Origin: Hydrolagus colliei | Taxonomy: Eukaryota | DNA: 64,000 bases | NCBI GenBank assembly: GCA_035084275.1 | Contig: CM068756.1 | Span: 5,270,001-5,334,000, forward strand | Direction: 5' to 3' | In this document: positions 12,601 through 25,464 of the stretch, in pieces | Layout of the letters: every line of letters begins with the position of its first letter | How positions within the stretch are numbered: the first letter of the stretch is position 1 | Translations under genes and position numbers: made by a program | The notes under the pieces: generated by a model | Database searches by the model: none | Told to the model about the DNA's origin: nothing | What the model saw: the letters and a program-made list of their open reading frames with translations, nothing else

Positions 12601-15600
12601 TGCATTAAAGAGAAGCTTCTTTTTTGTTGGCCTGTATATTTCAGATTTTTTTAAAACAGAAATTTATGTTACCTTGGTGAAGGTAAAGTTTTAGATTTAA
12701 GACAATCAAGTTGGAGAAACTGTTTGGTCTACCTTTACTAATGAGAATTTTCAAGTTAATACTCTGTAAGCTTAGATTCATCTGAAGTCCATACTTCAAT
12801 AACTTAAAAATATTTATTAAATTGTATCTTTTATGATGGAAGGTAGCAAATTACTGTGATTTCAGTAAGGCTTTTGGTGGCCAATATGAAAGTTGCATTA
12901 AATATTGAACATAAATGTTGGAAATGGCCCTAATTACACTCCGACTGTTCAGAAGGTTGCTTTCTTGGACACAGATTCGGATACCTTCAGTGATTGACCA
13001 GGATATAACCTAGGACCAAAAGATAAGGAGAAAATTCCCATGACACGTGTTAATAATAATGATGACAATCTTTGCATTTGATATAACGTCTTATCACAGA
13101 AAATAATTTGTATATTAAAAACAAATTGTATTGTTTTAGTATTAACCATGGAGTGCATTTCTTGTGCCAATAAGTCAGGTTAACTTTGGGGAATGAAAAA
13201 GTCTCTTTTTCCCCCACCCTCAACATTTATTTACAATACGAATAACTCCACTGGAAAAACCTTACCATAAAGGTCAAGGCTTTGGATAATCTGTCAATTT
13301 TCCAATCAGTTCTCTAATTAAGTGGTGAAATCAGAAATATGGGTAGTAATTTCAGAAATGAAATGTTGCTGGGAAATTTGTCGTCTTTGTGAAAAACTGT
13401 CATAAAACAAATAGAAATTATATCAACCTAGTGTACACAGCTTGATTCTCACAATTTTCAATGTTTTCCCAGTGAAAAATGAAATATGCGTTGCACAATG
13501 TGTGCTGCTTTATCTCTGACCTGTCTTCAACTGCACTGCACGGCGTTTGACTGTTTTACATATTTAACCACTTTAAACCATTTCCCCCTCTTGTCAGGCA
13601 GTATTATTTTAGCCATTTCTCCTCACTGTTCCTTCATTTCCTCTTCAACTATTAAGCAAGTAAACCAGCCAGCCAGAGCATCCTCTGCATCAGTGACTTG
13701 ACTGCTGAAACATTTTTACTGTTTGGCAAGAAACCCACTTTATTTACTTACCAATTCAGTTGAAGGCTGACTGAATTCTTATTGGCGACCGGTGCTCTAA
13801 CCCTTTGCAGATTTAAACTATCTTGGTAACTCATAATAATGGTACTTAAGCCAGTCAGTATAGTATGAGGAATATGCCTTACATATTTGGCCCGAAGACA
13901 CTTACAGATCTGGTCAATGTTGTAACAGAATAAGCTTTAAAATGTATTTGTGATTTGTTAATGAGTGAACAACTGACCTTCTGATGAACTGCTTTTAAAA
14001 TGAGATAATCAAGATGGAAATCATTCATTTTGACATTGTTCCATTAATGTGTAACATGCTCTGCCACTAATTGAATTATTTATGATTTATGTGATTTATT
14101 TATGAAATATAGCTTAATATAATAACAATCATTAGTTCACTAAAAATGGCACACATACAAAAATTATACAGTCTAAAACATCTTCATTTTGTTATTTTAA
14201 ATGATTTTCTGCAATTTTAAAACCTGTGAACCCCTTGCATGTATCTGTGTACATCAAAACTATGCTTTTCTTTGCAAGTATAGTTTTGTGTAATTGTAAA
14301 AGATAGAAATCTCTTTGATTTTCTTTTGTCATTTAGGGTCTAAAATACATTATCTTAAATGGAGTGCCAAAATGTTAGTTTCTGGGTTAAATAGGATCTT
14401 CACTTTCAGAATTATCATGTTTTGTATGTAATATTTTTGCTGCTCTATTAAAATATGAGTAATTTGTATCATTCATGATCATGAAATACCTCCCTTTTAA
14501 ATACATTCTGCTACGGGTTAAAGCATTCAACAAAGTTCATCTGTATCAAATGAGTCATCAATGCTACACTGCACTGAATAAAATATATAGACCACTCACT
14601 ACCTATTCATCTCTACTTTTTAGGACAGTAATTTAACACCTACGAATGCCAGTAATCTGTACAAATGAAAACAGATGCCAGCATTCATTCTTTTAATTTA
14701 AATACAACTATGTGTTCTTTGGCAGCATGGAGTGAAATTATTTTCTACATTGGATTTATTTACTTATTTCCAAACTAAATAGTGAAGTACTGGTTTGTTT
14801 TGAGGATTTTTAGCAGGAGAAAGCTAACACAGTACAATTCAGGACAAATATTTTCTTTCATTCTTCATTATGTCTTCAGTACAACTTGCCTTGACGTGAA
14901 TAATATCTTGGAAACTTCCATAAATGGGGCATGTATTTAGTGTTAAGAAATTAATCACAATGTGAACTTATAATTTGTGTAATTTTGTTTCATGCAGTGG
15001 TTATATTGCACATGGTTTAATCAGGACTGAAGGATATAAAATATTTTAATGTATATGTATTTTAGCATGCAAAATTGTGCATAAAATGTAAGAATGAGAT
15101 CCTATTATTACTTAGTGTATTTTGTTTCTCCGTGCACATAATTGTACAGGTCTGGGGCACTTTGGAGAACCGAAGCCTGGGTTTATGAGGATCAATGATT
15201 TCCTTTGTTACCAGAATAAGTTTCTTAAAGATGCTGCTATAGATTCTGGAAGATACATGTGTATTTTTGATTATCTGTTCAAGCCAAAGTAGCAATAAAG
15301 ATTTATACTGCATACAATACGTGGATAAGATGCATTCTTCAAACATGGGTTAAAACCGGTTCATATACATTTTCCCATGTCATCTCTCATGCTTACACAT
15401 CACTGGGCCTTTGTGTTTCACACCCTGTAATTACTTCATTTAAAATTCAATGGAGTACAGCATTTCTGTTTACAAACAGTAAGTAAGCTGTTCAGATGTA
15501 TATTGAATTGTAAAGTAGCTTATAAGAACCATAGAGCAGCCTGTATTCCAAGTGTTTTTGAAGTATACAAGGTTAATTTCACTCAAAACTACCCAATGTA

Positions 15601-16315
15601 AAACCTGGATGGTCAATTTAAATACTTCATTTTTTTGGAAGTTCTGTGTGACAAATGATTCAATATCATCTGATTATGTATAAATCAAATACTTTTTTCC
15701 TCCATAAAAATTGCTAAATTTAAAGTATGTTGTGCACAGTGACTGATACAATGTGCACTGCTGTTGGTTTGTTGCTTTTCATATGGAAAATTCTATTAGC
15801 AAACTATAAAAATCAGTTACCTGCTGATTTCTGACATAAAAGATCCTATGTTAACATACTACCAATAATAATAATTTTAATCCTTGCGTTTTATATGGTG
15901 CCTTATGTCTTCTAGACGTCTCAAAGTGCTTTACAGAATGTACTGAAGAGTGAATACAATTTGAGAATCTGCGTTTGGACAAACAAATACTGTAATTTGA
16001 ATAATTGCACACAAAATCATCTGGCGAATTGATGTGATTTTCCCCATGGGAGGAAGTAAACCTGTATTTCTTATACCTTCCAGTATCTTGGGAAAGAGCA
16101 TCTTTTGCTGAGGTTTGGGAACATGCCACTGGACCTTCACACTTGTCTACTCTTTCCATCACAATTATAGTAATTAAAGAGGAGGAAGAAGAACTAAGAT
16201 TCTATTATTTTTGATAATCATCGCATTTTAGTTTTTTTTTTTTAAAAGTGCATGCTTTGCCCATTGGAGGTAATTCACCCTAATTCTGAAGTCCTCGTTC
16301 TTGATTCAACTGGGT

Positions 16316-16950
16316 TTATTTTATTATTTTATTTTGTACTAATTGCAATTTTCTGTTCCTGTTGTGAGTGTTTTTTTGTAGGGGTGCCTTGCGGTAGCAA
16401 AGTACTGCCAGCACTGCACTAGCGCCATACAATATAGAAAGCAGTATTCCAAAAAATGCTACCGCACCATCTGTCCCAGATACATCACAGTTCATCCAGT
16501 TGAGGCCATGCCTTGCATAGATACGTTCTCTGGTCTTACAGAGATCTGTACCATTAATTTGGAGGACAAAATACAAGTAAAGTCCAACTGATACTCCATA
16601 ACCCAAAGATGCTAGCACACTGAATAGGACTTCAAAAATCAACCACTTTAAAGATCTAATCCTCAAAAGTCGGGCACCTCTGATCATGACACCCATAGTT
16701 ATTGCAAACATGCCTATGGACACTGCAATGCCACTGTATAGTACAGGTGCTCGGAGAAATGCAAACTGTTGGTCAAGTTTCTGTATTTCCTTCAGTTCTG
16801 CCCCTTCAATTGGAGAAAAGTCACTGTTAATGCTGAAAAAGCTAGTTGCCAGGCCCGAGTTACTGCTGTATCCTGAGATTACGACGTATGATGCCACCAC
16901 GCACACCAACACCAGGAGATTCAATATGACCTCCACCAACTGAATTATAC
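16316..16950 (-). CDS. MARVELD3: MARVELD3 distal alternative terminal exon ([10 protein letters not shown]...[18 protein letters not shown]...)
   Basis: cttgcag|GT acceptor, phase 1; four hydrophobic segments; resembles one of the two human MARVELD3 splice-variant C-termini. Confidence 0.92.
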
Positions 16951-19900
16951 CTGCAAGACAGGAATAGCAGGTAAGTGATTGTTTAGGGATATTTTGTTCT
17001 TCATTCACCCTGCAACTTTCAATAACCTAATTTTTTCATAGCACAATATTGAATAACTTGGATTTGATCATTTTGATTTACCATTTATCCCAGTAACGTT
17101 TAATCCTTAATCACCTTTTGTGATTATTTCTATGTAACTTTTATCAGAAAACAACCAATGCAAGGACTGCATTGAAATGAGTTATGCAATAATATGCTTC
17201 TCCGTGAATCCCCAATCCCATTATTATGCTGTGTTCTGATGAATTCCCAAACTGGCCCAGTTGTGTTAGAGCACATCGATTAACACTGACTGAGGAAATG
17301 TAAGAATAATGCTATGGTTGAATTATGCTTGTAAACCTTAAATAGTATTGATATAAAAAGTGGGCTGGTAAAGTAAACACCATAACACGATTATTCACTT
17401 CTGTGTTGCTTGTAGGATTTTTCTGTCATTATGTGGCATTTTTGCTCCAATTGATGATAATAACTGACTTTGAAAAAAATTACAAATTGGACATTGTATC
17501 TTTTAATATAATTGAAATTTATACAATATTAAGTTTCCAAACTGAACAAATCAACAGGATATCTTTTGTCAGAACTATACCATAGCAAACACAAAAAGCA
17601 CCAATTGTCAATAGAAAAAGTAAACATACAGAAGTTCATTATACACCTAGAAAATAATTGTTATTTTCACAGTTGCATTTTATGGAATAAATAGAATAAT
17701 GCAGTGTTTTGGATCTTGACTCATGAACTTTGCTGTTTAGAATTTTAGTGGGTGGATAATGTTATTGTTGAGTAACTGGTGCACTTTTCACCGAGTTTCT
17801 TTTCGATAAACTTGTAGCTTTTGGTGTAACATAACTGCTTAACTGTTTACACAGTGTCCCAAAGTAACTAAATGAGCACATTTCTATCATTAGAAATGAT
17901 TCCTTACCTAAAACATGACTGAGACTCCTGTGTATTCGGCAATAAGTTTACCCAAACAAAACCTTTAAAGTATCTCTACACTATCATTTTCCTCATTTTG
18001 TCCCTTTTGTTTTTTAACTGTCCTAAATGCTAAAATATCTGCATAAGCATTGAGTTCATATACTATAACTGCTAATGCAGCACACAAACCAGCAGCAATG
18101 TCAGCGCCATGCAGACTACAGTTAAATCCATCATATCCTTTGCTTTTGTACATGCTCATCCTTTCCTTGCACACTGCTGAATTATAGCCTTCTATTAGGT
18201 GTTGGAAATAAAAATACAGAGCAGGTATGTAGGCAAAACCTATCACTATGTCCAGTCCACATTCAATGATCAGTAAGATTGGAAATCGCCATGGTATCCG
18301 TGCCACACCTAGAACCAACAAAAGGCACGCAAACGTCATCAGGGCCCCACTGTATGCCATTGTGGCAATGACTGTTGGCAACTTCAGCTGGTAAAATTCA
18401 GCATCCAGTTTGTTTACTTTTTCAGCCTCTGCTCCTTGAAAACCACTGTACGCTGATCCGAAAGAGTAGTAGTAAAGGCTTCCCAGACTGGACAGGTCAG
18501 TGTAGCCCCCAGTGCCAGCGTAGGAGATTGCCCCGCACACCAGAATTAATAGATTCAGCAGCACCTCCACCAACTGACAAAGACCTGGAACAACCAAAAC
18601 ACAACCAACCATTAACATCTGAATATTCAAATATGTTAATGACATTCACTCAGCCATTCATCTCATAGTAGTAGAGCGGAGATCAAATGCAAGGATTATT
18701 ATTAGTAGTAGTATCAGGAGAGTGAGTGGGATGGGTGGATGTGGGGGAAGGAATCAAGCCAGTGTTTCCATTGCTATAATTGCATCACCATGTCGTCTCA
18801 CTGTTCCTGATCTTTAGCAGTTTAAGAGTAACTAGGGAATTAATCATTGCAGAAACTTGTTGTGTTGTATGGAGTCATGTGACTCGCACCAACCTGTTAA
18901 ACCAGAAATGCCACATTCTGTCCACTCCCCTCACTTTGCTCTGACTGAACTCAAGGATAGTTTCTGTGGACTGCTGGCAAACAAGTCAGTTTCACTAACC
19001 TCATTGCACATTATCCATAGCTTTGGTATACCCTTGATACGCTTGATATTTCCAAACCCATTTAAACAACAGGAAAGTACATTTGTACCATATAGCTCTG
19101 ATGCGAAAACCCGACTTTCTCGTGTAAACGTATAATGCAACAATTTCTTGTGCTGTTTGACATGATGCTTACATCTTAAGCACTACTTTGGGGTATCAAT
19201 GTAAATGCATCAACGAGCTGCTGCTATGTGCAGCATGTGAAAAATGCAGTGCCAACACCTTGTTTGTCACTGAGCAGAACTCAAAATTGAAGAGAAAAAC
19301 AAGGGATTCAATATTAACTCTTGAGATTGTTCTAACTGTCATTTCAGTAATGGTGGGCCCGGCAGATTGATCTGTGTGATGAACTATTAAACAAAAACAA
19401 AATATTTGAAAAAACAATTTTCCATTTTTCTCTTCCTTAAGGCACAGGATCTTGCTGAGATCGTTCTAAAGATATATTTGAGACGTCGATAAGACGTGGA
19501 AAGCGCTATATAAATGTAAGGATTATTATTATTATACAGCACTTTAATCCGATTGATTGTGACTCAAATTGAAAACAATGAGTGTTGGCTCATTGTGGAG
19601 GGCATCACTGTTCTGTATGATCATATTCTCATTCCCCAAATCCTGTTTTAATTAGTTTTTCCCTCCTTCAACTGTGGTGCCTAACTGGTGCCCCAGCTCA
19701 GCTAAGTCAGCAAATTCTGCACACGGCAGGAATGGAACATGCAAGGTTCTCAGATTTTTTTTATGACTGCCTTTATTCAACAGGCTATTTAAGGAGCTTT
19801 CTTTGTTCATAAAAAAGTTAGCAATTGCACAACTGTTTGCATCTCAATAATAATAATCCTCGCATTTGATATAGCACCTTATCACTTCTTCTAGACGTCT

Positions 19901-21672
19901 CAAAATGCTTCACAGAATATACTGCAAAGTGAATTGACTGTATATTTCGTGGGTGAAACGCAGCAGCCAGCAGTTGCGCACAGCAGTGTCCCACAAACAG
20001 TCGTGGATAGAAATTACCAATTTTTTTTTGAGGGATTATTATTTAACATGCGGAGTAAGAAAACTTGCCCAATGTTTCACTCTGCTTGGAAGTGAACCAA
20101 GGTCTCTCACTTGTAAGGCGAGTGCTCTAACCACTGAGCTACAGGACTCCACATGTAGCATACTTGTGAATGATTTTCTTCCTTTCCCCATTCTACAGTT
20201 TTATTCTGCTCCTCTTGTAACCGTTTGAAAGAGCACTCCTGACAGGCGACTGGAACCAAAGCAGAGATTATGCTTTCTCGTTGCTTTCACTCTTACTTTC
20301 CACCCTGATGACAAAACTAATCTGTAGCACAGGAGGTTAGAGACTCTAGGAGCTGCAGCTACATTTCCAAATAAGGGACAGAATACCAAGACAAGTACTG
20401 TATAAGTCTGTGAATTTTTGCTGACCATAACATTAAATCTGACCTCGACTTGTGCAAAGGTATCGACATTTGAAGAAATTCAAGATATCTTCTGCGTAGT
20501 CAGGCTCAAAGTAGTGCATTTCAGATGGTGTTGTGCGGTCTTCAGTTTCTATATTTTCCACTGGTGCAGTTGCAACAAATCTATAAAAGAGTGGTTACAC
20601 AATTAGGGGTATATACTGTACCATTTAAAATATTTTAGTCCTAGTCCAATAAAACTGAGGTTGTCAGATAGCGAGAAAATGCAAAAGGTGTTCCCGATGA
20701 TTCAATGGGTAAATGTTGATTTAAAAACTATAACATTTCACTCTGTTTGACCTTCTGCCTTTACCCATTGGAATGCCAATTTTTTTTTAAAAGATTTTGA
20801 ATATAGTCTTTGCGTGCAAATAAATTCTATGTTCAAAAATCCCCAATTAAATTAACTTGAGCAAATGTAAAAGAGTTGCTTTCAGTTCCCCCAATAACCT
20901 TGTGGGTAAAGGCAACCCAATGACAAACAGGCAAAACTAGGCTAAAGTGAACCAAAGGTAATAAGTTGAATCGACCACAAATGCATTTAACCAGTGAGTG
21001 AATCTTCAGGAGTCTCTTTTTCATTTTGTCAAGACATTTCTGCCTTCCTGGATTTTACAGTCTTAATTCTAGACACTGTACAACAGCAATATTCCATAAT
21101 AACTGCTGTATTGACGGGATAATTTGACTTTTGAATAGACGGCTGACAATTTTACCGTGGTCTTACCTGTCATTTCTATAAGAAACGTGATTATCTGGGA
21201 AAGGAACTTCTTTTTCGTTTCTGTAATGCTGATGATTACCATCTGCTGAACGATCGTATGTTCGGGAATGATGCTCTCTCTCTGTCTTTTTGTAGTGATT
21301 ATCTCGATCACTCCTTTTATGGTGTTCCCGCTCACGATGTTCCTTCTCATGATGTTCCCTCTGACGATAATCCCTCTCACTCCTATGTCGGTCATCCCTT
21401 GGATGAGAATTTCCATCATCATGTCTTTGGTCTTCCGATTTCTCTCGCTCTCTTCTCTTCGCTCGGTCTCTATTATGTTTTGGTTTAGAATGATCCCCAT
21501 CTTGAGGGCTTCTGCTGTCATGATCCGTATGTTTTCTGTGTTCCCGGCTGGGACGGGGACGATCTTCACGATGACGGTGATTACGTTGCCGCTCTTTGGG
21601 ATAGTGATCTTTTTCATCTTTTACTGAATACTTATCACTGCTGTGTTCTGGGTATCTTGTTGATTGAGCCAT
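16316..21672 (-). CDS. MARVELD3: MARVELD3; isoform A join(21672-21167,20580-20444,18584-17965), 420 aa; isoform B join(21672-21167,20580-20444,16950-16316), 425 aa
   Basis: R/H/E/D-rich N-terminus, [10 protein letters not shown] motif, then one of two 4-TM MARVEL exons. Splice phases are 2 then 1 for both isoforms. Adjacent to PHLPP2. Confidence 0.94.
17965..18584 (-). CDS. MARVELD3: MARVELD3 proximal alternative terminal exon ([10 protein letters not shown]...TGGYT...FYQLKLP...[13 protein letters not shown]...HGADI)
   Basis: ttccag|GT acceptor, phase 1; four hydrophobic segments; resembles the other human splice-variant C-terminus. Confidence 0.93.
19575..19797 (-). mobile_element. Degenerate LF-SINE-like relic
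   Basis: Minus strand GCTGACTTAGCTGAGCTGGGGCACCAGTTAGGCACCACAGTTG..GGAGGGAAAAA...GTGATGCCCTCCAC..GCCAACACTCATTGT; colinear with the remembered LF-SINE body. Confidence 0.5.
19846..20149 (-). mobile_element. Full-length SINE family A
   Basis: Head GAGTCCTGTAGCTCAGTGGTTAGAGCACTCGCCTTACAAG; (TTA)n tail; same structure as 9386-9683. Confidence 0.9.
20444..20580 (-). CDS. MARVELD3: MARVELD3 second coding exon ([11 protein letters not shown]...[14 protein letters not shown])
   Basis: ttttatag|A ... GAG|gtcaga; 137 nt, phase 2-1; translated by hand. Confidence 0.9.
21167..21672 (-). CDS. MARVELD3: MARVELD3 first coding exon (charged low-complexity N-terminus)
   Basis: AAGATGG start; CAG|gtaaga donor; acceptor tttttaag| upstream with the exon starting at 21720; in-frame stop upstream of the ATG. 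Confidence 0.88.
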
Positions 21673-22433
21673 CTTCTATCGGAATTGCAACCAACGAGGG
21701 ACGTATAGATGTGGAGGCTTCTTAAAAACAAACCCAAGTGTTAGAATACAATGCAAGAATACACACAAAGAATTGACTTCATGCAAAATATTTTTAATGA
21801 TATTTTGACTGTAGCCAATGAGTTGACCTCAGTGCGTGGTCCGGCCAACTTGCGAGAGATGTACCAGCATAGGAAATGGTTGTGATCTGCCCTCCCATGC
21901 GAAATTGACAAGAGATAGGACATTATCAGGACAAGTGTAGAATACGTAACTGGGAATATTAGATATATGCAATTTAATAATATTTATGTTTAGGAATACA
22001 CACAGAACAATTTTTCCACTTCCACCTCCCCCAACCCACCACTCCACATGATGGTTCAGAGTTTATTCAACAAGCAGCTGAGAACTACACACATAGAAGC
22101 TGTCAGGGTCAGTAGTTAGATTCTAGCCACAAATCCACTTGTGAGATAAATTTCTACAGTTCCACATTTAATTGAATTTTTGCCCCAAAGTTCAAAATTC
22201 TGAAGCGAAAAAAATCTGTTGCTGTCCTGTGCATACATTATTTTGCATTGTTTGAAAGAGTGGAAGCTTCCTGACTTTTCTAATGGTTTTCCTCGGATCA
22301 ACACATTGGAAAAGTGATTCATTGAAGTTAACATGAGTTGATTTACATACTTCAACTAAGGTTTGGGTTTTTTCGGGGTGGGGGGTGAGATGGGGGGTAG
22401 GGAGATGTTTGAATCAGGTCGAAAAGTGAAAGT

Positions 22434-22748
22434 GAGTCCTGGAGCTCAGTGGTCAGTGCACTCGCCTTACAAGTGTGAGACCTGTATTTGAATCCAGGCA
22501 GGTCAGAAACTTGGGCAAGTTTCTTACTCCACACGCCGAATAATAATCCCTCCAAAAAATACCAACAATAAAATTGCTCCTTTCAATCCACGACTATTTG
22601 TGGGACACTGCTGTGTGCAATTGGCTGCCACGTTTCACCCACAGGTATACAGTCAATTCACTTTGCAGTATTTTTTCTATGAAGCGTTATGAGACGTCTA
22701 GAAGACGTGAAAAAAGTGCTATATCAAATGCAAGGATTATTATATTAT
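22434..22748 (+). mobile_element. Full-length SINE family A
   Basis: GAGTCCTGGAGCTCAGTGGTCAGTGCACTCGCCTTACAAG ... GCTATATCAAATGCAAGGATTATTATATTAT. Confidence 0.9.
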
Positions 22749-22884
22749 ATGTATTTGTTCCAACTCAAAATTTACCATCAGGAACCTTCTCCCCAAAGAA
22801 ACATAATGAACAGAAAAACAGAAAGCAATCAATCAAGAGGTGCTTTCAGGTGTTGTACAGCAATAGAAGTTAAATACTATTCTT

Positions 22885-23215
22885 GTCATAGAATCATAGA
22901 ATCTTACAGCACAAAAGGAGGCCATTCGGCCCATTGAGTCTGTGCCGGCTCTTTAAAAAAAAGCAATTCAATCCCACTCCCCAACTCTCTCCCCATAACC
23001 GCGCAAACCCGTCCACCCCAAATAAATGTCTACCTCTCTCTTAAAAGTTGTTATCGAATCGGCCTCCACCACCTTTGCAGGCAATGCATTCCAGATTCGA
23101 ACAACTCGCTGAGTGAAAACATTTCTCCTCACCTCCCCTCTGCTTCTTTTCGAAACTACTTTAAATCTGTGACCAAGAATCACTGGTGCACCCACCAGTG
23201 GAAAACAGTTTGTCC
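22885..23215 (-). mobile_element. CR1 LINE 3' fragment
   Basis: Peptide GHRFKV...RGEVRRNVFTQRVVRIWNALPAKVVEADSITTFKREVDIYL is the CR1 ORF2 C-terminus; 3' UTR ATGGGCCGAATGGCCTCC...TTCTATGATTCTATG. Confidence 0.9.
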
Positions 23216-23631
23216 CAGTGGCAACAACTTCTCGACAGACGTCCACTTCACTTTACTATTGTCTCCCAGCATTTACTGTTGATCACACGGTTGTGATCAA
23301 ACCTTTGGAAACCCGACACCTCAGCGCCTGACCGAAACTTAACTTAGGAAAGAAAGATTCGATCCTCAGGCGAAACTCTCTGAACAACAGTGACTGCAGG
23401 AGAGACAGAAAGTTACTCTCAGTTACTCTCACTGCCAGTACCCTGTTTTGTGAGCCTGAGAAGGCGACCGACACCCTACAGCACTAGAACAATACAGATT
23501 TCTTTACATAGAGAGAGAGAAAAGAAGAACACAAAACAAAAGCATGTCCCAAACCATTAGTTTCTAAACTTCACCAGTGTTCAGTCTGTCTTTATTAACA
23601 TGGCGCGTGGATTCACGAGATTTCACCCTAC

Positions 23632-23850
23632 CTGTAAAAGTGAAGGCTTGAGTTGGTGCCTGATGTGTTTTCTGATCTCTTTGTGCCTCCCTGGCTCCGG
23701 CTGTTCCTGCTGTTGTTTTGGGTGTCTTCTGTCTGGCAACTTCCCTTGTCCCCAGTCGCTCCGCCCTTCCTCTCTGCAGCACATCACTGTGTAGCTCAGG
23801 TCTACTGTTCATTCACACAATGAATAAGCAGGGGAGAGAGAGGCCAGCAA
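23632..23850 (-). other. MARVELD3: Candidate non-coding first exon of MARVELD3 (5' end uncertain)
   Basis: CAG|gtaggg donor at 23632 in unique, relatively GC-rich sequence; the acceptor at 21720 requires an upstream exon. Confidence 0.4.
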
Positions 23851-24002
23851 AGGGAGTTCTTTCTCTTCGAAACCAGAATCCGAAAAAGTAGGTGTGGACA
23901 GGTGTGGACAAAATGCACAACATCGGCAATTCATCTCATTGCTGTTGGTGGGATTTTGGTGGTACATTGACCCAGTACAAAAAAAACTATAATTAATTGC
24001 TC

Positions 24003-24166
24003 ATTCGAATTCACGACTGTTTGTGTGACAATGCGTGCGCAATTAGTTGCCACATTTCACCCACAAATATACAGTCAATTCACTTTACAGTATATTCTGT
24101 GAAGCGCTTTGAGACATCTAGAAGACGTGAAAAGCGCTATATCAGATGCAAGGATTACTATTATTA
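24003..24166 (+). mobile_element. 5'-truncated SINE family A
   Basis: Core and tail GTGAAGCGCTTTGAGACATCTAGAAGACGTGAAAAGCGCTATATCAGATGCAAGGATTA. Confidence 0.85.
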
Positions 24167-24552
24167 GTACAATGGGTAATTTGGGACATATCAATCAATC
24201 AAAACTTACATTTATATAGCTCCTTTCATGTCGAGAGGACGTCCCTAGGCGCTGTACAGTCAGGTAGGGACAAGAGCAGGTGGGGAAGGGTCGGGGCAGG
24301 ATGAAGGAGAGTAGGAGAATTGACCGTATATTTGTGGGCAAAACACGGCAGCCAAATTGCGCACAGCACGTGATCACCAGGAAGGTGGAAGGCGAACTAG
24401 ATGGGCCTTGATCTTTTTTTGTCTAGCATTTCTTATGTTCTTAATGTCCTACAATAGTCCATGAAGTGGATGAAGATGGCTAGCCAGGACACTGGGGAAA
24501 ATCCCTTTTTCTTTGAATGGGATCCTTAAGAACCACCTGAATATGTATTCCA

Positions 24553-25092
24553 ATGGACTATTCCAATGGCCTCCTCCCTTTCTCCACAATCCACAGAGTC
24601 CAGCTCATTCAGAACTCTGCCGCCCGTGTTCTCACCCGCACCAAACTTTGCTCCCCCATTACCCCAGTCCTTGCCAGACTTCGCTGGCTCCCTATCCCAG
24701 AGAGGATCGACTTCAAGATCCTTGTCTTCAAATCCCTCCACTCCTCTGCACCCCCCTACCTCTCTGATCTCTCTCCTCAAACCAGCACCCGTTGCCTTGG
24801 CTCCACCGGGTCTGGCCTCCTCCATGTCCCCCAAATCCTCTGCTGCACCCTCGGCGGCCATGCCTTCAGCCACTACGCCCCGAGGCTCTAGAATTCCCTT
24901 CCTCGCTACCTTCGCCTCGCCCCCTCTTTTCTCAGCTTCAGGTCCCAGCTGAAGACCTTTCTCTTCGACCGCGCATTTGGTCACCTTTCTACCCCTGCCC
25001 CTGGCTCGGTCCCGGGATCCGCTACTGTGAAACATTCTGAGAAACATCCGGCGTGGAGGGCACTGTATAAATCCAAGTTGTTGTTGTTGTTG
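24553..25092 (+). mobile_element. L2 LINE 3' fragment
   Basis: DYSNGLL...QLIQNSAARVLTRT...ITPVLARLRWLPIPERIDFKIL...APPYLSDL is the L2 ORF2 C-terminus; (GTT)n tail. Confidence 0.9.
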
Positions 25093-25464
25093 CAGGTAGA
25101 CAGGACCTTGGTTTTCACTTCTGATCCACAGTAGGGCTTCTTCGACAGCACAATGAGAGAACTGGGAGCACAGGTTCAATGGGTTATCCTCATCCTAACC
25201 TGTAAACCAAGGTCTTGCCCCAAGTCTACCTCTGAAATCTACTCCATCTCCACCAAACCAGCCGATCCCTCCACTCAGCAGTGTCCCACAAACAATCGTG
25301 GGTTGAAGAGACCAAATTATTTATTCTTTGGAGGGATTATTATCAGGCGTGTGGAGTAAGGAAAGTTGCCCAAGGTTCCGCCCTGTCCATTTTATGCAAG
25401 GAGGGGCAACGTTTGTTTTTATATATATATCTATGTACATAAATATATATATACACATATATTT

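Noticed and set aside
13249-13474. Possible MITE with CACTGG-type inverted termini
   Set aside because: Only about 13 of 15 bases match and there is no TSD; could be chance in AT-rich DNA.
16316-18645. Two separate tandem MARVEL genes
   Set aside because: Neither ORF has its own N-terminal region; both begin at phase-1 acceptors matching the single donor at 20444.
23564-23812. 82-aa ORF as an N-terminal extension of MARVELD3
   Set aside because: Splicing 23632->21720 puts it out of frame, and the main frame has a stop upstream of the ATG; at most a uORF.
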